Assembly (NCBI GenBank): GCA_012727435.1
Contig: JAAYHB010000021.1
Span: 247,918 to 311,917 of the forward strand
Direction of reading: 5' to 3'
DNA: 64,000 bases
Source of the DNA: Clostridiales bacterium
GTDB lineage: Bacteria; Bacillota; Clostridia; Oscillospirales; CAG-272
This document shows, in pieces, positions 28,437 to 38,012 of the stretch. The notes under the pieces were generated by a model. It worked only from the letters and a program-made list of their open reading frames with translations, made no database searches and was not told the DNA's origin. Position numbers and translations under genes: made by a program. Each line of letters starts with the position of its first letter. Within the stretch, counting starts at the first letter, position 1.

Positions 28437-29984
28437 TCATAGCAGCGGCGCAAGCAGCCGGAGCAGGCTCTGGAAGAGCCTTGTGATAAGGCTCACCCGG
28501 CAGCCCTCCTCGGTTATCTCCTCGCAGAGCTCGAGCGTCGCGAGGAAATCCTCCTTGATTTTCTTCACCGTGTCGCAGCCGTAGAGCATGACGCCGCACT
28601 CAAAGTGCAAATAAAGGCTGCGGTAATCAAGGTTGGTGGTGCCGACCGCCGCTGTAATATCGTCCGACACAAAGATTTTGGAATGCATGAACCCCTTTGA
28701 ATATTCATAAATCCGCACCCCTGCCTTTATAAGATCCCGGTAGTATGAGCGGGTCGCGACATGCACCAGCTTTTTGTCGGGGTGGCGGGGGGTCACAATT
28801 CTGACATCCACGCCGCTTTTGGCGGCAAGCGTGAGTGCCGAGAACATACTGTCGTCGATTACCAGATAAGGGGTGTTTATGTAGACATATTTTTTGGCGT
28901 CTGCGAGTATCCGCAGGTATACGTTTTCACCGACGTTGTCGGTGTCCATCGGGCTGTCGGCATAGGGTTGCACATATCCGCTGCCCTGAATTTCGCAATC
29001 CCGGTCGCTCCAGGGGTAATAGGCGGCATAGTCCTCGGTAGTGTTATTGACTATAGCCCACATTTTAAGGAACATGAGAGTAAAGCTCCAGGCCGCGCGC
29101 CCCCGCACCATGACCGAGGCGTCCTTCCAGTGGCCGAAGCGCTCAATAAGGTTGATATACTCGTCCGCAAGGTTGATTCCGCCGGTAAAGGCGACCTTGC
29201 CGTCGATTACAAAGATTTTCCGGTGGTCGCGGTTGTTCTGTATTACCGAGAGCACCGGGCGGAAGGGGTTGAATACCGTGCACTTGATGCCAAGGCTATT
29301 CAGATATGCGGGGTAATCTTTCGGCAGGGTGAGGAAACAGCCGAGGTCGTCGTACATCACTCTCACCTCGACGCCGGCGGCAGCCTTCTCGGTGAGGATT
29401 TTCAGCACGCTGTCCCACATCACGCCTTCGTGAATTATGAAATATTCAAGGAATATGTATTTCTCGGCCTTCTTCAGCTCCTCAATTAAGCGGTTGAATT
29501 TTTCCTCGCCGGGCGAGAGGTATTCGGTTTCGGTGCCGTCATACACCGGAAATCCGGCAAACTGTTCAAGATACCTCATCTCGTTGGCATAATCGGGATA
29601 GCCTGCTGCCGCCCGGTCAAGAATACTGCCCTCGGGCGGGCAGGTTTCGCACATCCCGCGCAGGACGCGCTCAAGCCGGCGGGAATACCTGCGGGTTGAG
29701 GTCTGGAGCTTTACAAGCAGGTAAAAGAGTCCCCCGAAGACCGGGAACAGCATGATTATTGCAATCCAGAGCAGCTTGTATCCGCCCTTGGTGTTCTGGG
29801 CAAGGATATGCAGCGACACCCCGGCGCTGACGATCGTGAGCAGAATTGTGACTATCGAGTAATATTTGCTCCCGAGGGATACCAGAAATATCAGAAAGCA
29901 TATCTGAAGGAAAAGGAGCAGGGCAACAAACAGCCGGCGCCTGAGGAATATCCCGAACCATTTTCTGCGCGTCGTTGCCTTCAC
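28437..29984 (-). CDS. cls: cardiolipin synthase
   Basis: Two PLD HKD motifs (NRDHRKIFVIDG, FMHSKIFVSDD) and N-terminal TM helices. I prefer the GTG at 29984 (AAAGGAG 9 nt upstream) over the ORF-track ATG at 30035, which has no RBS. Confidence 0.85.
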   Translation of the reverse strand: MKATTRRKWFGIFLRRRLFVALLLFLQICFLIFLVSLGSKYYSIVTILLTIVSAGVSLHILAQNTKGGYKLLWIAIIMLFPVFGGLFYLLVKLQTSTRRYSRRLERVLRGMCETCPPEGSILDRAAAGYPDYANEMRYLEQFAGFPVYDGTETEYLSPGEEKFNRLIEELKKAEKYIFLEYFIIHEGVMWDSVLKILTEKAAAGVEVRVMYDDLGCFLTLPKDYPAYLNSLGIKCTVFNPFRPVLSVIQNNRDHRKIFVIDGKVAFTGGINLADEYINLIERFGHWKDASVMVRGRAAWSFTLMFLKMWAIVNNTTEDYAAYYPWSDRDCEIQGSGYVQPYADSPMDTDNVGENVYLRILADAKKYVYINTPYLVIDDSMFSALTLAAKSGVDVRIVTPRHPDKKLVHVATRSYYRDLIKAGVRIYEYSKGFMHSKIFVSDDITAAVGTTNLDYRSLYLHFECGVMLYGCDTVKKIKEDFLATLELCEEITEEGCRVSLITRLFQSLLRLLAPLL

Positions 29985-30192
29985 CTTTGTCCGCTCCTTT
30001 CCGTATATACTACACTTTGATTTATTGTACCACATTAAATATAATAATTCAACATTGTGACGGTTTTTGGCATGATTAGGGAAAGAGCAGTGCCGGTAAA
30101 AATCAGATAGACAAAAACCGCATGTTATGGTATACTCAATATATGCCGTTCCGCGGCATTCGGCATTACGATAAAAAAGGACCAGTCACCGT

Positions 30193-31908
30193 ATGATAAA
30201 ACGATTTATCCGGTATTACAAGCCTCACCTTGCGCTTTTTGTCGCCGATATGCTGGCTGCGCTTGCGCTGGCGGCCTGTGATCTGTTTTACCCTATGATA
30301 ACAAGGCAGATGATTGGTCTACATACCCGGGCAGATGCTAAAAGAACTCATAACTTGGGCGGCTGTGCTGCTCGGGCTGTATCTTGTCAAGATGGGGCTG
30401 AACTACTTTGTCTCATATTACGGGCACGTCATGGGCGTGAAAATGCAGGCGAATATGCGCCGGGATGTCTTTTCTCACCTGCAGACCCTGCCCCTCTCCT
30501 ATTTCGACAACAACAAGACCGGAACGATAATGTCGAGAATCATAAATGACCTGATGGATGTTTCGAAGCTGGCTCATCACGGCCCCGAGGATGTCTTTAT
30601 TTCGGTTGTGCTGCTGGTCGGCTCCTTTGTGATAATGGCGACCATTTACCTGCCACTGACCCTCATTGTTTTCGCCTCGCTGCCGATAATGATTGTCTTT
30701 GCGATATTCAAGCGCAAGAAGATGAGCGAGGCCTTTACCGAGGCGCGGGTGCAGATAGGCGAGGTGAAGCCGGCCTTGAGAACAGCATATCGGGAATCCG
30801 TGTCTCGCGGGCATATACCAACGAGAAATACGAGGGCAGGCAGTTTGAGGAGGGAAACAGCCGCTTTGTCAAGGCGCGGAGAAAGGCATATCAGGCGATG
30901 GGCGAATTTCACGCCGGGACCACCTTCATCAGCGATTTTCTGCAGGTGGTCATGTATGTGGCCGGCGGGCTGTTTGTCTTTTGCGGCAAAATCGACCTCG
31001 CCGATTTCACCGCCTTTGTCCTGTATATCGGCGTTTTCCTCAACCCGGTGAGGCGCATTATCTCGTTTGTCGAGCAGTACCAGAACGGCATGACCGGCTT
31101 CAAGCGCTTCTGCGAGATTATGGACGCCTCCCCCGAGGCCGACACGCCGGGAACGGTCGACATCAAAAATGTCAGGGGCGACATAGAGTTTGACAGAGTC
31201 AGTTTTTCATATGACGACGGCAAGCAGGTGCTGCACGACATCAGCTTTTCGGTTGGCGCCGGGAAGACGCTGGCGCTTGTCGGGCCGTCGGGAGGCGGCA
31301 AGACCACGATATGCCACCTGATTCCCCGGTTTTATGAAGTAAGCAGCGGGGCGGTGAGGATTGACGGGCGGGACATCCGCGAGTTTACCCGCGCGTCGCT
31401 CAGACGAAACATCGGGATAGTCGCGCAGGACGTCTTTCTTTTCAACTCCACGATATATGACAACATAGCCTACGGCAGGCCGGACGCCACCCGTGAGGAG
31501 GTCGAGAGGGCGGCAAAGCTCGCCAATATCGACGAGTTTATAAAATCCCTGCCTGATGGTTATGATACTATCGTAGGCGAGCGCGGAGTCAAGCTCTCGG
31601 GCGGACAGAAACAGCGCGTCTCGATTGCCCGGGTCTTCCTCAAAAACCCACCCATACTAATTCTTGACGAGGCTACCTCGGCGCTGGATACCGCCACCGA
31701 GACGGCAATTCAAAAGAGCCTTGAACAGCTCGCCCGGGGGAGAACTACAATAGTCGTCGCCCACCGCCTGACCACCGTCCGCCGGGCCGACGAAATTCTG
31801 GTCATCACCGACGAGGGGATAGTCGAGCGCGGTACGCATGACGAGCTGATTGAACGTGGCGGGCTGTATGCCTCGCTCTGGAGCGTCGGAAATAAAGAGG
31901 CAGAGTAA
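30193..31908 (+). pseudogene. ABC exporter (fused permease-ATPase, MsbA/LmrA type) interrupted by two compensating frameshifts
   Basis: The protein is readable only by joining frame 1 (30193 to about 30315), frame 2 (about 30317-30768) and frame 1 again (about 30769-31908). Junctions are at ATTGGTC and GTGAAGCC. The C-terminal part has Walker A GPSGGGKTT, the signature LSGGQKQR and Walker B ILILDE. Confidence 0.7.
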
Positions 31909-31915
31909 TTTTTTA

Positions 31916-31997
31916 CGGGGGCTCCGCCCCCGCTTTTCTTCCGGGGGCTCCCGAACCCCCGCTTAAGACCCTTTTTGAAAAACAAAATCGCTAATAC
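31916..31997 (-). repeat. structured intergenic repeat, copy C (half hairpin, two GC modules)
   Basis: The reverse complement reads ...TTTTTCAAAAAGGGTCTTAAGCGGGGGTTCGGGAGCCCCCGGAAGAAAAGCGGGGGCGGAGCCCCCG. Confidence 0.65.
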
Positions 31998-32080
31998 AAA
32001 AGCGCGGGCCCCTATTAGTTATAAGATACTAGACATTAGACATTAGTAGAGACTGAAGATTCGGGGGCGTATGCCTTAAC

Positions 32081-32120
32081 GTAAAAAAGACGCCTCGTCA
32101 GATATGTGACGGGGCGTCTT
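32081..32120 (-). terminator. terminator of pflA (bidirectional shape)
   Basis: AAGACGCCTCGTCA-gatatg-TGACGGGGCGTCTT is flanked by A6 on + (T6 on the minus strand) and abuts the pflA stop. Confidence 0.7.
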
Positions 32121-32864
32121 TTACAGAATTGCCGGGCTCGGGGTTTTCAGCCGGTCGTTGACGTAGCCTTGCAGATCAGAGAGACGCTCTGCAGGCAGCG
32201 CCGGGGTGTTTTCAAGCCGGTTTTTTATCCCGAGTTTTTCATATTTGAAAAATCCCATCGTATGGAAGCCGAGCAGCTGGTATTTTTCAACCGCTCCGGA
32301 GTCGACATAGGGGCGCAGGACCTCGATATATCGGTCGAGCTCCTCCTCCTTATCATTTATGCCCGGGACAATCACGGTTCGCGCCCAGGTCCTGATTTTC
32401 TCGGCGGCAAGGAAATCGAGAAATTTCAAAACCCGCGAAAAGTCACCGCCGGTATACTCTTTGAAAGTCCCTGCATCCGGGAATTTCAGGTCGCATATGA
32501 CAAGCTCTGCGCCGCGTACGGCGGCCTTGACGTCTTCGTCAAGTTCCACGCAGCCGCTCGTGTCTATGGTGTAGGATATATTCTCGTCTGCAAGCAGCCT
32601 GCCGAGCCTGACAATTTCACCGGCCTGCAGGAGCGGCTCGCCGCCGCTGAAGGTGACCCCGCCGCCGGCGGCCCGGAAGTAGGGTTCATATCTTTTGATT
32701 TTGCGGAAGAGATCTTCGGGAGTGTACTCTCTGCCGGCGCGGGGGTCCCATGTGTCGGGGTTGTGGCAATAGGCGCAGCGCATCGGGCAGCCGGCGAGAA
32801 ATATCGCGCAGCGCAGCCCTTCGCCTTCAAGCGCCGCCAGGGATTCTATCGAATGTACAATCAT
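32121..32864 (-). CDS. pflA: pyruvate formate-lyase activating enzyme (radical SAM)
   Basis: Start trimmed to MIVHSIESLAALEGEGLR, with GGAGGG 8 nt upstream. Radical-SAM cluster motif CPMRCAYCHN. Confidence 0.9.
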   Translation of the reverse strand: MIVHSIESLAALEGEGLRCAIFLAGCPMRCAYCHNPDTWDPRAGREYTPEDLFRKIKRYEPYFRAAGGGVTFSGGEPLLQAGEIVRLGRLLADENISYTIDTSGCVELDEDVKAAVRGAELVICDLKFPDAGTFKEYTGGDFSRVLKFLDFLAAEKIRTWARTVIVPGINDKEEELDRYIEVLRPYVDSGAVEKYQLLGFHTMGFFKYEKLGIKNRLENTPALPAERLSDLQGYVNDRLKTPSPAIL

Positions 32865-32949
32865 GGGCTTACCCTCCGTATGGGTAACAGTTGAAATACT
32901 CTTTGTTGCACTCAATAAATCATGTTACTTAATATGTCCTATTTTGTTT

Positions 32950-33022
32950 GAAAGTTTTTGAAGATTCCAAAGGAACTTTTTTCAAAAAGTTCCTTTGGCG
33001 GGGGGAGGGGGGCAGCGCCCCC
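32950..33022 (+). repeat. structured intergenic repeat, copy D (inside the pflB-pflA spacer)
   Basis: GAAAGTTTTTGAAGATT-CCAAAGGAACTTTTT-tc-AAAAAGTTCCTTTGG-CGGGGGGAGGGGGGCAGCGCCCCC, with a perfect 15-bp stem. Confidence 0.8.
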
Positions 33023-33032
33023 AATTAGGCAG

Positions 33033-35261
33033 TTACATTCTGTCGTGGAAGGTACGGGAGATGACCTCGAGCTGTTTGTCGCGCGTGAGCTTGTTGAAAT
33101 TCACCGCGTAGCCCGAGACTCGGATGGTGAGATTGGGGTAAAGCGTCGGGTCGTTCATGGCGTCGATCAGCATCTGCCGGTTGAGCACGTTGACGTTGAG
33201 GTGGTGCGCATTCTGCGCGAAGTACCCGTCAAGAATTGCCGCCAGCTTTTCGGCACGCTCGGCGGTGTTGGAGCCGAGCGTCCCGGGGGTTACCGAGAAG
33301 GTGTTTGAAATCCCGTCGCGGCAGAAGTTGTAGTCAATTTTAGCCACCGAGTTGAGCGAGGCGAGCGCGCCTTCAAGCTCGCGCCCGTGCATCGGATTGG
33401 CGCCCGGCGCAAAGGGCTCGCCGGCGCGCCGGCCGTCGGGCGTGTTGCCGGTCTTTTTTCCGTAGACCACATTTGAGGTGATGGTAAGGACAGAGAGGGT
33501 ATGCTTGGCTCCGCGGTATGCCGGTGTTTTTTTAAGTTCGTTGTAAAAATATTCGGTTATCCATGCGGCGATGCTGTCAACTCTGTCATCGTCGTTGCCG
33601 AATTTCGGGAAATCTCCCTCGGTTATAAAGTCGGTTATAAGCCCGCGCTCGTCCTTTATCGGGGTGACTTTGGCATATTTTATCGCGCTGAGCGAGTCGG
33701 CCAGCACCGACAGTCCGCTGACGCCGAAGGCCATCAGGCGGTTCGGCTCGGTGTCGTGAAAGCTCATGATCAGCCGCTCGTAGGCATACTTGTCGTGCAT
33801 GTAATGGATGACGTTCATTGTGTTGACATAAAGCCTTGCCATCCACGACAGGTAGAACTTAAGTCTTTCTACAACCTTGTCATAGTCAAGCGGCACACCT
33901 TCGGGGAAGACCTCGCCGACCGGGCCTATCTGCAAACCTTCGGTTTCGTCCCGCCCGCCGTTGAGCGCCATGAGCAGCACCTTCGGCAGGTTGCAGCGCG
34001 CACCGAAGAACTGCATCTCCCTGCCCTCGCGGAGCGCCGAGACGCAGCAGGATATCGCGTAGTCGTCTCCGAATATCGAGCACATCAAATCGTCGTTTTC
34101 GTATTGTATAGCATTGGTGTCAAGCGTGACCTTCGCGCAGAACTCCTTGAAGGGGCGGGGCAGGTTTTTTGACCACAGCACGGTAATGTTGGGCTCGGCC
34201 GAGGGACCTAAGTTGTAGAGCGTGTTGAGCATACGGTAGCTGGTCTTGGTGACAAGGGTTCTGCCGTCGGTTCCGGTGCCGCCTTCGGATACAGTCACCC
34301 AGACCGGGTCGCCGGCAAAGAGCTCGTTGTACTCGGGGGTACGCAGGTGGCGTATCAGCCGCAGTTTGATTACCAGGTCGTCGATCAGCTCCTGCGCGTG
34401 GGCTTCGTCGAGCGTACCCTCCTTCATGTCGCGCTCGAAATAGATGTCAAGAAAGGCTGTAATTCTGCCGATGCTGTTTGCGGCGCCGTTTTGCTCCTTC
34501 TGGCCGCCGAGATATGCAAAGTAGAGCCACTGAACCGCCTCATAGGCACACTCTGCCGGCCGCCTGATGTCGCGGCCGTACTGGGCGGCCATTTCAATCA
34601 GGGCGTTCATGAACTCAAGCTGCCGCGCGATGTCCTCGAGCAGGCGAATGTTCTCGTCGGTCATGTCGCGCTCGCCGATAATCCGGCGGTCGCGCTGCTT
34701 TTCGGCAATCAGGCGGTCCATGCCGTAGAGCGGCAGCCGGCGGTAGTCGCCGATAAGCCGCCCGCGGGCGTATGCATCGGGCAGACCGGTGAGGATTCCC
34801 GCGTGCCGCGCCTTTCTCATGGTGTCGGTATAGACCCGGAAAACACCCTGGTTGTGGGTCGTCCGGTATGAGAACTCCTGCCGCACCCTCTCGTCGATTT
34901 CGTAGCCGTAAGCGCGGCAGGCCTGCTCGGCGTTGCGGAAACCCGCAAAGGGGTTGAGAGCGCGGACCAGTGGCTTTTCGGTCTGCAGCCCCAGGATAAT
35001 ATCGGTGCCTTTAATGATATAGCCCGGCCCGTAGCTTAATATCGAGGAGGCACGGGTAGTGTCGACGTCAAAGACGCCGCCCCGCTCCTGTTCGATTTTC
35101 AGCAGCATTTTGACATGCTCCCAGAGCCGTGTGGTCCGTTCGGTCGGGCCCGAAAGGAAGGATGCGTCGCCGTAGTAGGGGGTGTAATTTCTTCGTATGA
35201 AATCCGAAACGTCGATTTTCTCGCACCAGTCGCCCCGGATAAAATCTCTCCATGCGTCCAT
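33033..35261 (-). CDS. pflB: formate C-acetyltransferase (pyruvate formate-lyase)
   Basis: Start trimmed to [32 protein letters not shown] (AAGGAGGAG RBS). Glycyl-radical C-terminus RVSGYAVNF and catalytic CC in ISCCVSA. Confidence 0.95.
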   Translation of the reverse strand: MDAWRDFIRGDWCEKIDVSDFIRRNYTPYYGDASFLSGPTERTTRLWEHVKMLLKIEQERGGVFDVDTTRASSILSYGPGYIIKGTDIILGLQTEKPLVRALNPFAGFRNAEQACRAYGYEIDERVRQEFSYRTTHNQGVFRVYTDTMRKARHAGILTGLPDAYARGRLIGDYRRLPLYGMDRLIAEKQRDRRIIGERDMTDENIRLLEDIARQLEFMNALIEMAAQYGRDIRRPAECAYEAVQWLYFAYLGGQKEQNGAANSIGRITAFLDIYFERDMKEGTLDEAHAQELIDDLVIKLRLIRHLRTPEYNELFAGDPVWVTVSEGGTGTDGRTLVTKTSYRMLNTLYNLGPSAEPNITVLWSKNLPRPFKEFCAKVTLDTNAIQYENDDLMCSIFGDDYAISCCVSALREGREMQFFGARCNLPKVLLMALNGGRDETEGLQIGPVGEVFPEGVPLDYDKVVERLKFYLSWMARLYVNTMNVIHYMHDKYAYERLIMSFHDTEPNRLMAFGVSGLSVLADSLSAIKYAKVTPIKDERGLITDFITEGDFPKFGNDDDRVDSIAAWITEYFYNELKKTPAYRGAKHTLSVLTITSNVVYGKKTGNTPDGRRAGEPFAPGANPMHGRELEGALASLNSVAKIDYNFCRDGISNTFSVTPGTLGSNTAERAEKLAAILDGYFAQNAHHLNVNVLNRQMLIDAMNDPTLYPNLTIRVSGYAVNFNKLTRDKQLEVISRTFHDRM

Positions 35262-35345
35262 CTTTTTCTCCTCCTTATATAAAATAGGGAACATAATCCG
35301 AATAATTGCGACAGTATTTCAATGATATTTTGCCGCCGCAGGGGT

Positions 35346-35395
35346 AAAAAATACGCCCGGGCAGATTATCGGAGTGATAAAATCTGCCCAGGCGT
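35346..35395 (-). terminator. leader terminator (expression platform of the ZTP riboswitch)
   Basis: On the minus strand: ACGCCTGGGCAGAT-17 nt-ATCTGCCCGGGCGT (14 bp with one G-U pair) followed by ATTTTTTA. The left arm reuses the aptamer CGCCUGGGCA element. Confidence 0.75.
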
Positions 35396-35457
35396 CCGGC
35401 ACTTTCCTTATCCGTTCCACCACAGTTATTTCTGTGCTACGCCAGTCGCGGATAAGG
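35385..35457 (-). promoter_or_regulatory. ZTP riboswitch (pfl RNA motif) aptamer
   Basis: The minus strand reads CCUUAUCCG-CGACUGGCG-UAG-CACAGaaauaaCUGUG-GUGGAA-CGGAUAAGG-aaagug-CCGGACGCCUGGGCA. This gives P1, the conserved GACUGGCG, the P2 hairpin and the 3' CCGnCGCCUGGGCA element of the pfl motif, located in the pflB 5' leader. Confidence 0.8.
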
Positions 35458-35482
35458 GTATTTTTTCACTTTTTTCACCATA

Positions 35483-35511
35483 ATTATAGCAGTAAACGAA
35501 GAAGTTGTCAA
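35483..35511 (-). promoter_or_regulatory. consensus sigma-A promoter for the riboswitch-pflB-pflA transcript
   Basis: On the minus strand: TTGACA (35511..35506), a 17-nt spacer, then TATAAT (35488..35483). Confidence 0.65.
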
Positions 35512-35597
35512 GGGGAGGCAGGGTATAATAATACCTAAAATTGGACTTGTGCTATAAGATATGTTGCAACCTGATTCACAAATAATACGGAGCGTTA

Positions 35598-35626
35598 TTG
35601 ACTACAAAAAATTGCCGTGCTATAAT
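35598..35626 (+). promoter_or_regulatory. sigma-A promoter for hppA
   Basis: TTGACT (35598-603), a 17-nt spacer, then TATAAT (35621-26) with TGc (extended -10). Confidence 0.6.
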
Positions 35627-35749
35627 ACTACAATGAGCGGTCCCGGCAGACCGCTGTAAATGTGACCGAAATCAACCAGGGCAGGCGCAGGTCTTATGCG
35701 GGAGCCCGGCCGTTTTCGGTACACTTCAGAAAGGCAGGGATTGTTTTTT

Positions 35750-37834
35750 ATGCAGCCGGCTATGACACTGATTTACGCAATTTCCTATTTTGCGGTTGTC
35801 ATCGCGCTAGCGTTTGCAGCCTGGCTTTTTCTATGGGTGAAGCGGCAGAAGTGCACAAACCAGAAGATTGTTGAGGTTTCCGCGCTTATCAAAGCGGGGG
35901 CAAATGCCTTCATCCGCAAGGAATATAAGGTGCTTGCCGTCTTTGCGGGGGTTGCCGCGGCTCTGATTTTTGTCTTTCTCCCGACCCCCCTCTGGCGGGG
36001 CGATGTATTAAAGAACCTCTCCATGACGATAGCCTATATCGCCGGCACGGTTTTCTCGGCTATCGCCGGGAAAATCGGAATTATTGTGGCGACCTCTGCC
36101 AACTCGCGCGCCGCAACCGCCGCCGAGAGCGGCATCAAGCCGGCCTTTCTGGTCGGATTCAGGGGCGGCGCGGTGATGGGGCTTGCCGTGGTGGGCTTCA
36201 GCCTTCTGGGCGTGACCTCGGCACTTTTGATTTTTGGGGACTCGTCGATTCTGCTCGGCTTCTCGTTCGGCGCAAGCTCGCTAGCCCTCTTTGCCAAGGC
36301 CGGCGGCGGCATATTTACAAAGACCGCCGACGTCTCTGCCGACCTGACCGGCAAGGTTGAGCTCGGAATCCCCGAGGACGACCCGCGCAACCCGGCGGTT
36401 ATCGCCGACAATGTCGGAGACAACGTCGGCGACGTGGCGGGCATGGGAGCCGACCTTTTCGACTCGAACGTCGCGGCAATGGCGGCCGCGCTGGTCGTGG
36501 CGCAGTCGCTGACCAACCCCGAGGTCAACACCGCGATGGTGTTCTGCTACGCGGCGCTCGGCCTTATCTCCTCGATTATCGGAATTGCCTGCGCGCGCAT
36601 CGGAAAGAGGGGCAACCCCACCCGGGCGCTCAACTCCTCAACCTATGTTACGACCGGAATATTCATTGCGCTGACCGCCGGGGCGACCGCGCTCTTTGAG
36701 GGTTTTGAATGGCGTATTTTCCTCGCCTCGACCGTGGGGCTTCTGGTCGGCGTTATAATCGGAATCACAACAAACTACTTTACCGACGACACAAAGCCGA
36801 TAGTCCGCCGCGTGGCGCGGGCGTCGCGCTCGGGCTCGGCATTTACGATTCTCTCGGGAATCTCCTACGGATTCATCTCGGCGCTGCCGGCCATGGTCGG
36901 GATTGCCCTCTCGGCGCTCTGCGCGTATAAAATCTGCGAGCCGCTCGGCGAGGGGTATGCAATGTTCGGGATTTCGATGGCTGCGGTCGGAATGCTCTCG
37001 ATCGTCGGCATGATAATCAGCAACGACGCATACGGCCCGATAGTCGACAACGCGCGCGGGCTGGCCGAGATGGGCAATCTCGGCGAGGAGACAGTCCGGG
37101 TTGCCGACGAGCTTGACAGCGCCGGGAACACGGTCAAGGCGGTCACAAAGGGCTTTGCTATCGGCGCCGCGGGGCTGACTGTCATCTCTCTGCTCGGCGC
37201 CTATATGTCAGAGGTCAACGTGGCGCTCGCCGAGGCCGGCCGCGAGCTTATCAGCGGGTTTGACGTAACCGACCCGACGGTCTTCTTCGGGGTTCTGGTG
37301 GGTGCCGCCATTCCGGCGGTTTTCTCGGCAATGCTCATGCTCGGGGTTGACCGCAACGCCCAGCGCATGGTGGCCGAAATTCACCGCCAGTTCACCGAAA
37401 TCGCCGGTTTGCGCGAAGGACGCGAGGGGGCTGCACCCGAATACGACAAGTGCATACAAATCGCCACCACGGGCGCGCTTCGCGAGCTTATTCCGGCGGG
37501 CCTTATGGCAATTGGCGCTACTGTCGCCGTCGGCTTTATCGGCGGGGTGAAGGCGGTCGGAGGATTTCTGCTCGGCAATATCGTATCGGGACTTTTACTT
37601 GCCCTCTTTATGTCAAATGCCGGAGGGCTGTGGGATAACGCCAAGAAATACGTCGAGGCAGGCAACGAGGGCGGAAAGGGCTCAGAGGCCCACAAGGCGG
37701 CGGTGGTCGGCGACACGGTCGGCGACCCCTTCAAGGATACTGCCGGTCCTTCGCTGAACACGCAGATAACCGTCGTGTCGCTGGTCGCCTCTATCATGCC
37801 GGCGCTGTTCGCTGCTTTCTCGCTTTTCGGTTAA
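35750..37834 (+). CDS. hppA: membrane-bound proton-translocating pyrophosphatase (probably the K+-independent type)
   Basis: Start trimmed to MQPAMTLIY (uncertain). About 16 TM helices with motifs DNVGDNVGDVAGMGADLF and GDTVGDPFKDTAGPSLN. GNTVKAVTKG has Lys at the position that marks K+-independent enzymes. Confidence 0.9.
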   Translation: MQPAMTLIYAISYFAVVIALAFAAWLFLWVKRQKCTNQKIVEVSALIKAGANAFIRKEYKVLAVFAGVAAALIFVFLPTPLWRGDVLKNLSMTIAYIAGTVFSAIAGKIGIIVATSANSRAATAAESGIKPAFLVGFRGGAVMGLAVVGFSLLGVTSALLIFGDSSILLGFSFGASSLALFAKAGGGIFTKTADVSADLTGKVELGIPEDDPRNPAVIADNVGDNVGDVAGMGADLFDSNVAAMAAALVVAQSLTNPEVNTAMVFCYAALGLISSIIGIACARIGKRGNPTRALNSSTYVTTGIFIALTAGATALFEGFEWRIFLASTVGLLVGVIIGITTNYFTDDTKPIVRRVARASRSGSAFTILSGISYGFISALPAMVGIALSALCAYKICEPLGEGYAMFGISMAAVGMLSIVGMIISNDAYGPIVDNARGLAEMGNLGEETVRVADELDSAGNTVKAVTKGFAIGAAGLTVISLLGAYMSEVNVALAEAGRELISGFDVTDPTVFFGVLVGAAIPAVFSAMLMLGVDRNAQRMVAEIHRQFTEIAGLREGREGAAPEYDKCIQIATTGALRELIPAGLMAIGATVAVGFIGGVKAVGGFLLGNIVSGLLLALFMSNAGGLWDNAKKYVEAGNEGGKGSEAHKAAVVGDTVGDPFKDTAGPSLNTQITVVSLVASIMPALFAAFSLFG

Positions 37835-37862
37835 TATAATATGGAAGACATAACGTAAATAT

Positions 37863-37897
37863 CCGGCCTCCGAAAAAACGGAGGCCGGAGTTTTTTT
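37863..37897 (+). terminator. rho-independent terminator after hppA
   Basis: CCGGCCTCCG-aaaaaa-CGGAGGCCGG followed by AGTTTTTTT. Confidence 0.85.
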
Positions 37898-37919
37898 AGC
37901 AAATTATTTAAAAAATGTA

Positions 37920-37948
37920 TTTACAACCGGTCCGAAACATGATAATAT
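37920..37948 (+). promoter_or_regulatory. sigma-A type promoter for the LTD gene
   Basis: TTTACA (37920-25), a 17-nt spacer, then TAATAT (37943-48) with TGa upstream. Confidence 0.45.
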
Positions 37949-38012
37949 TAACACAAACCTCTCATGCTGAGCACAAGCATACCCGAAATAATCATTAATT
38001 GGAGGATTAGAC

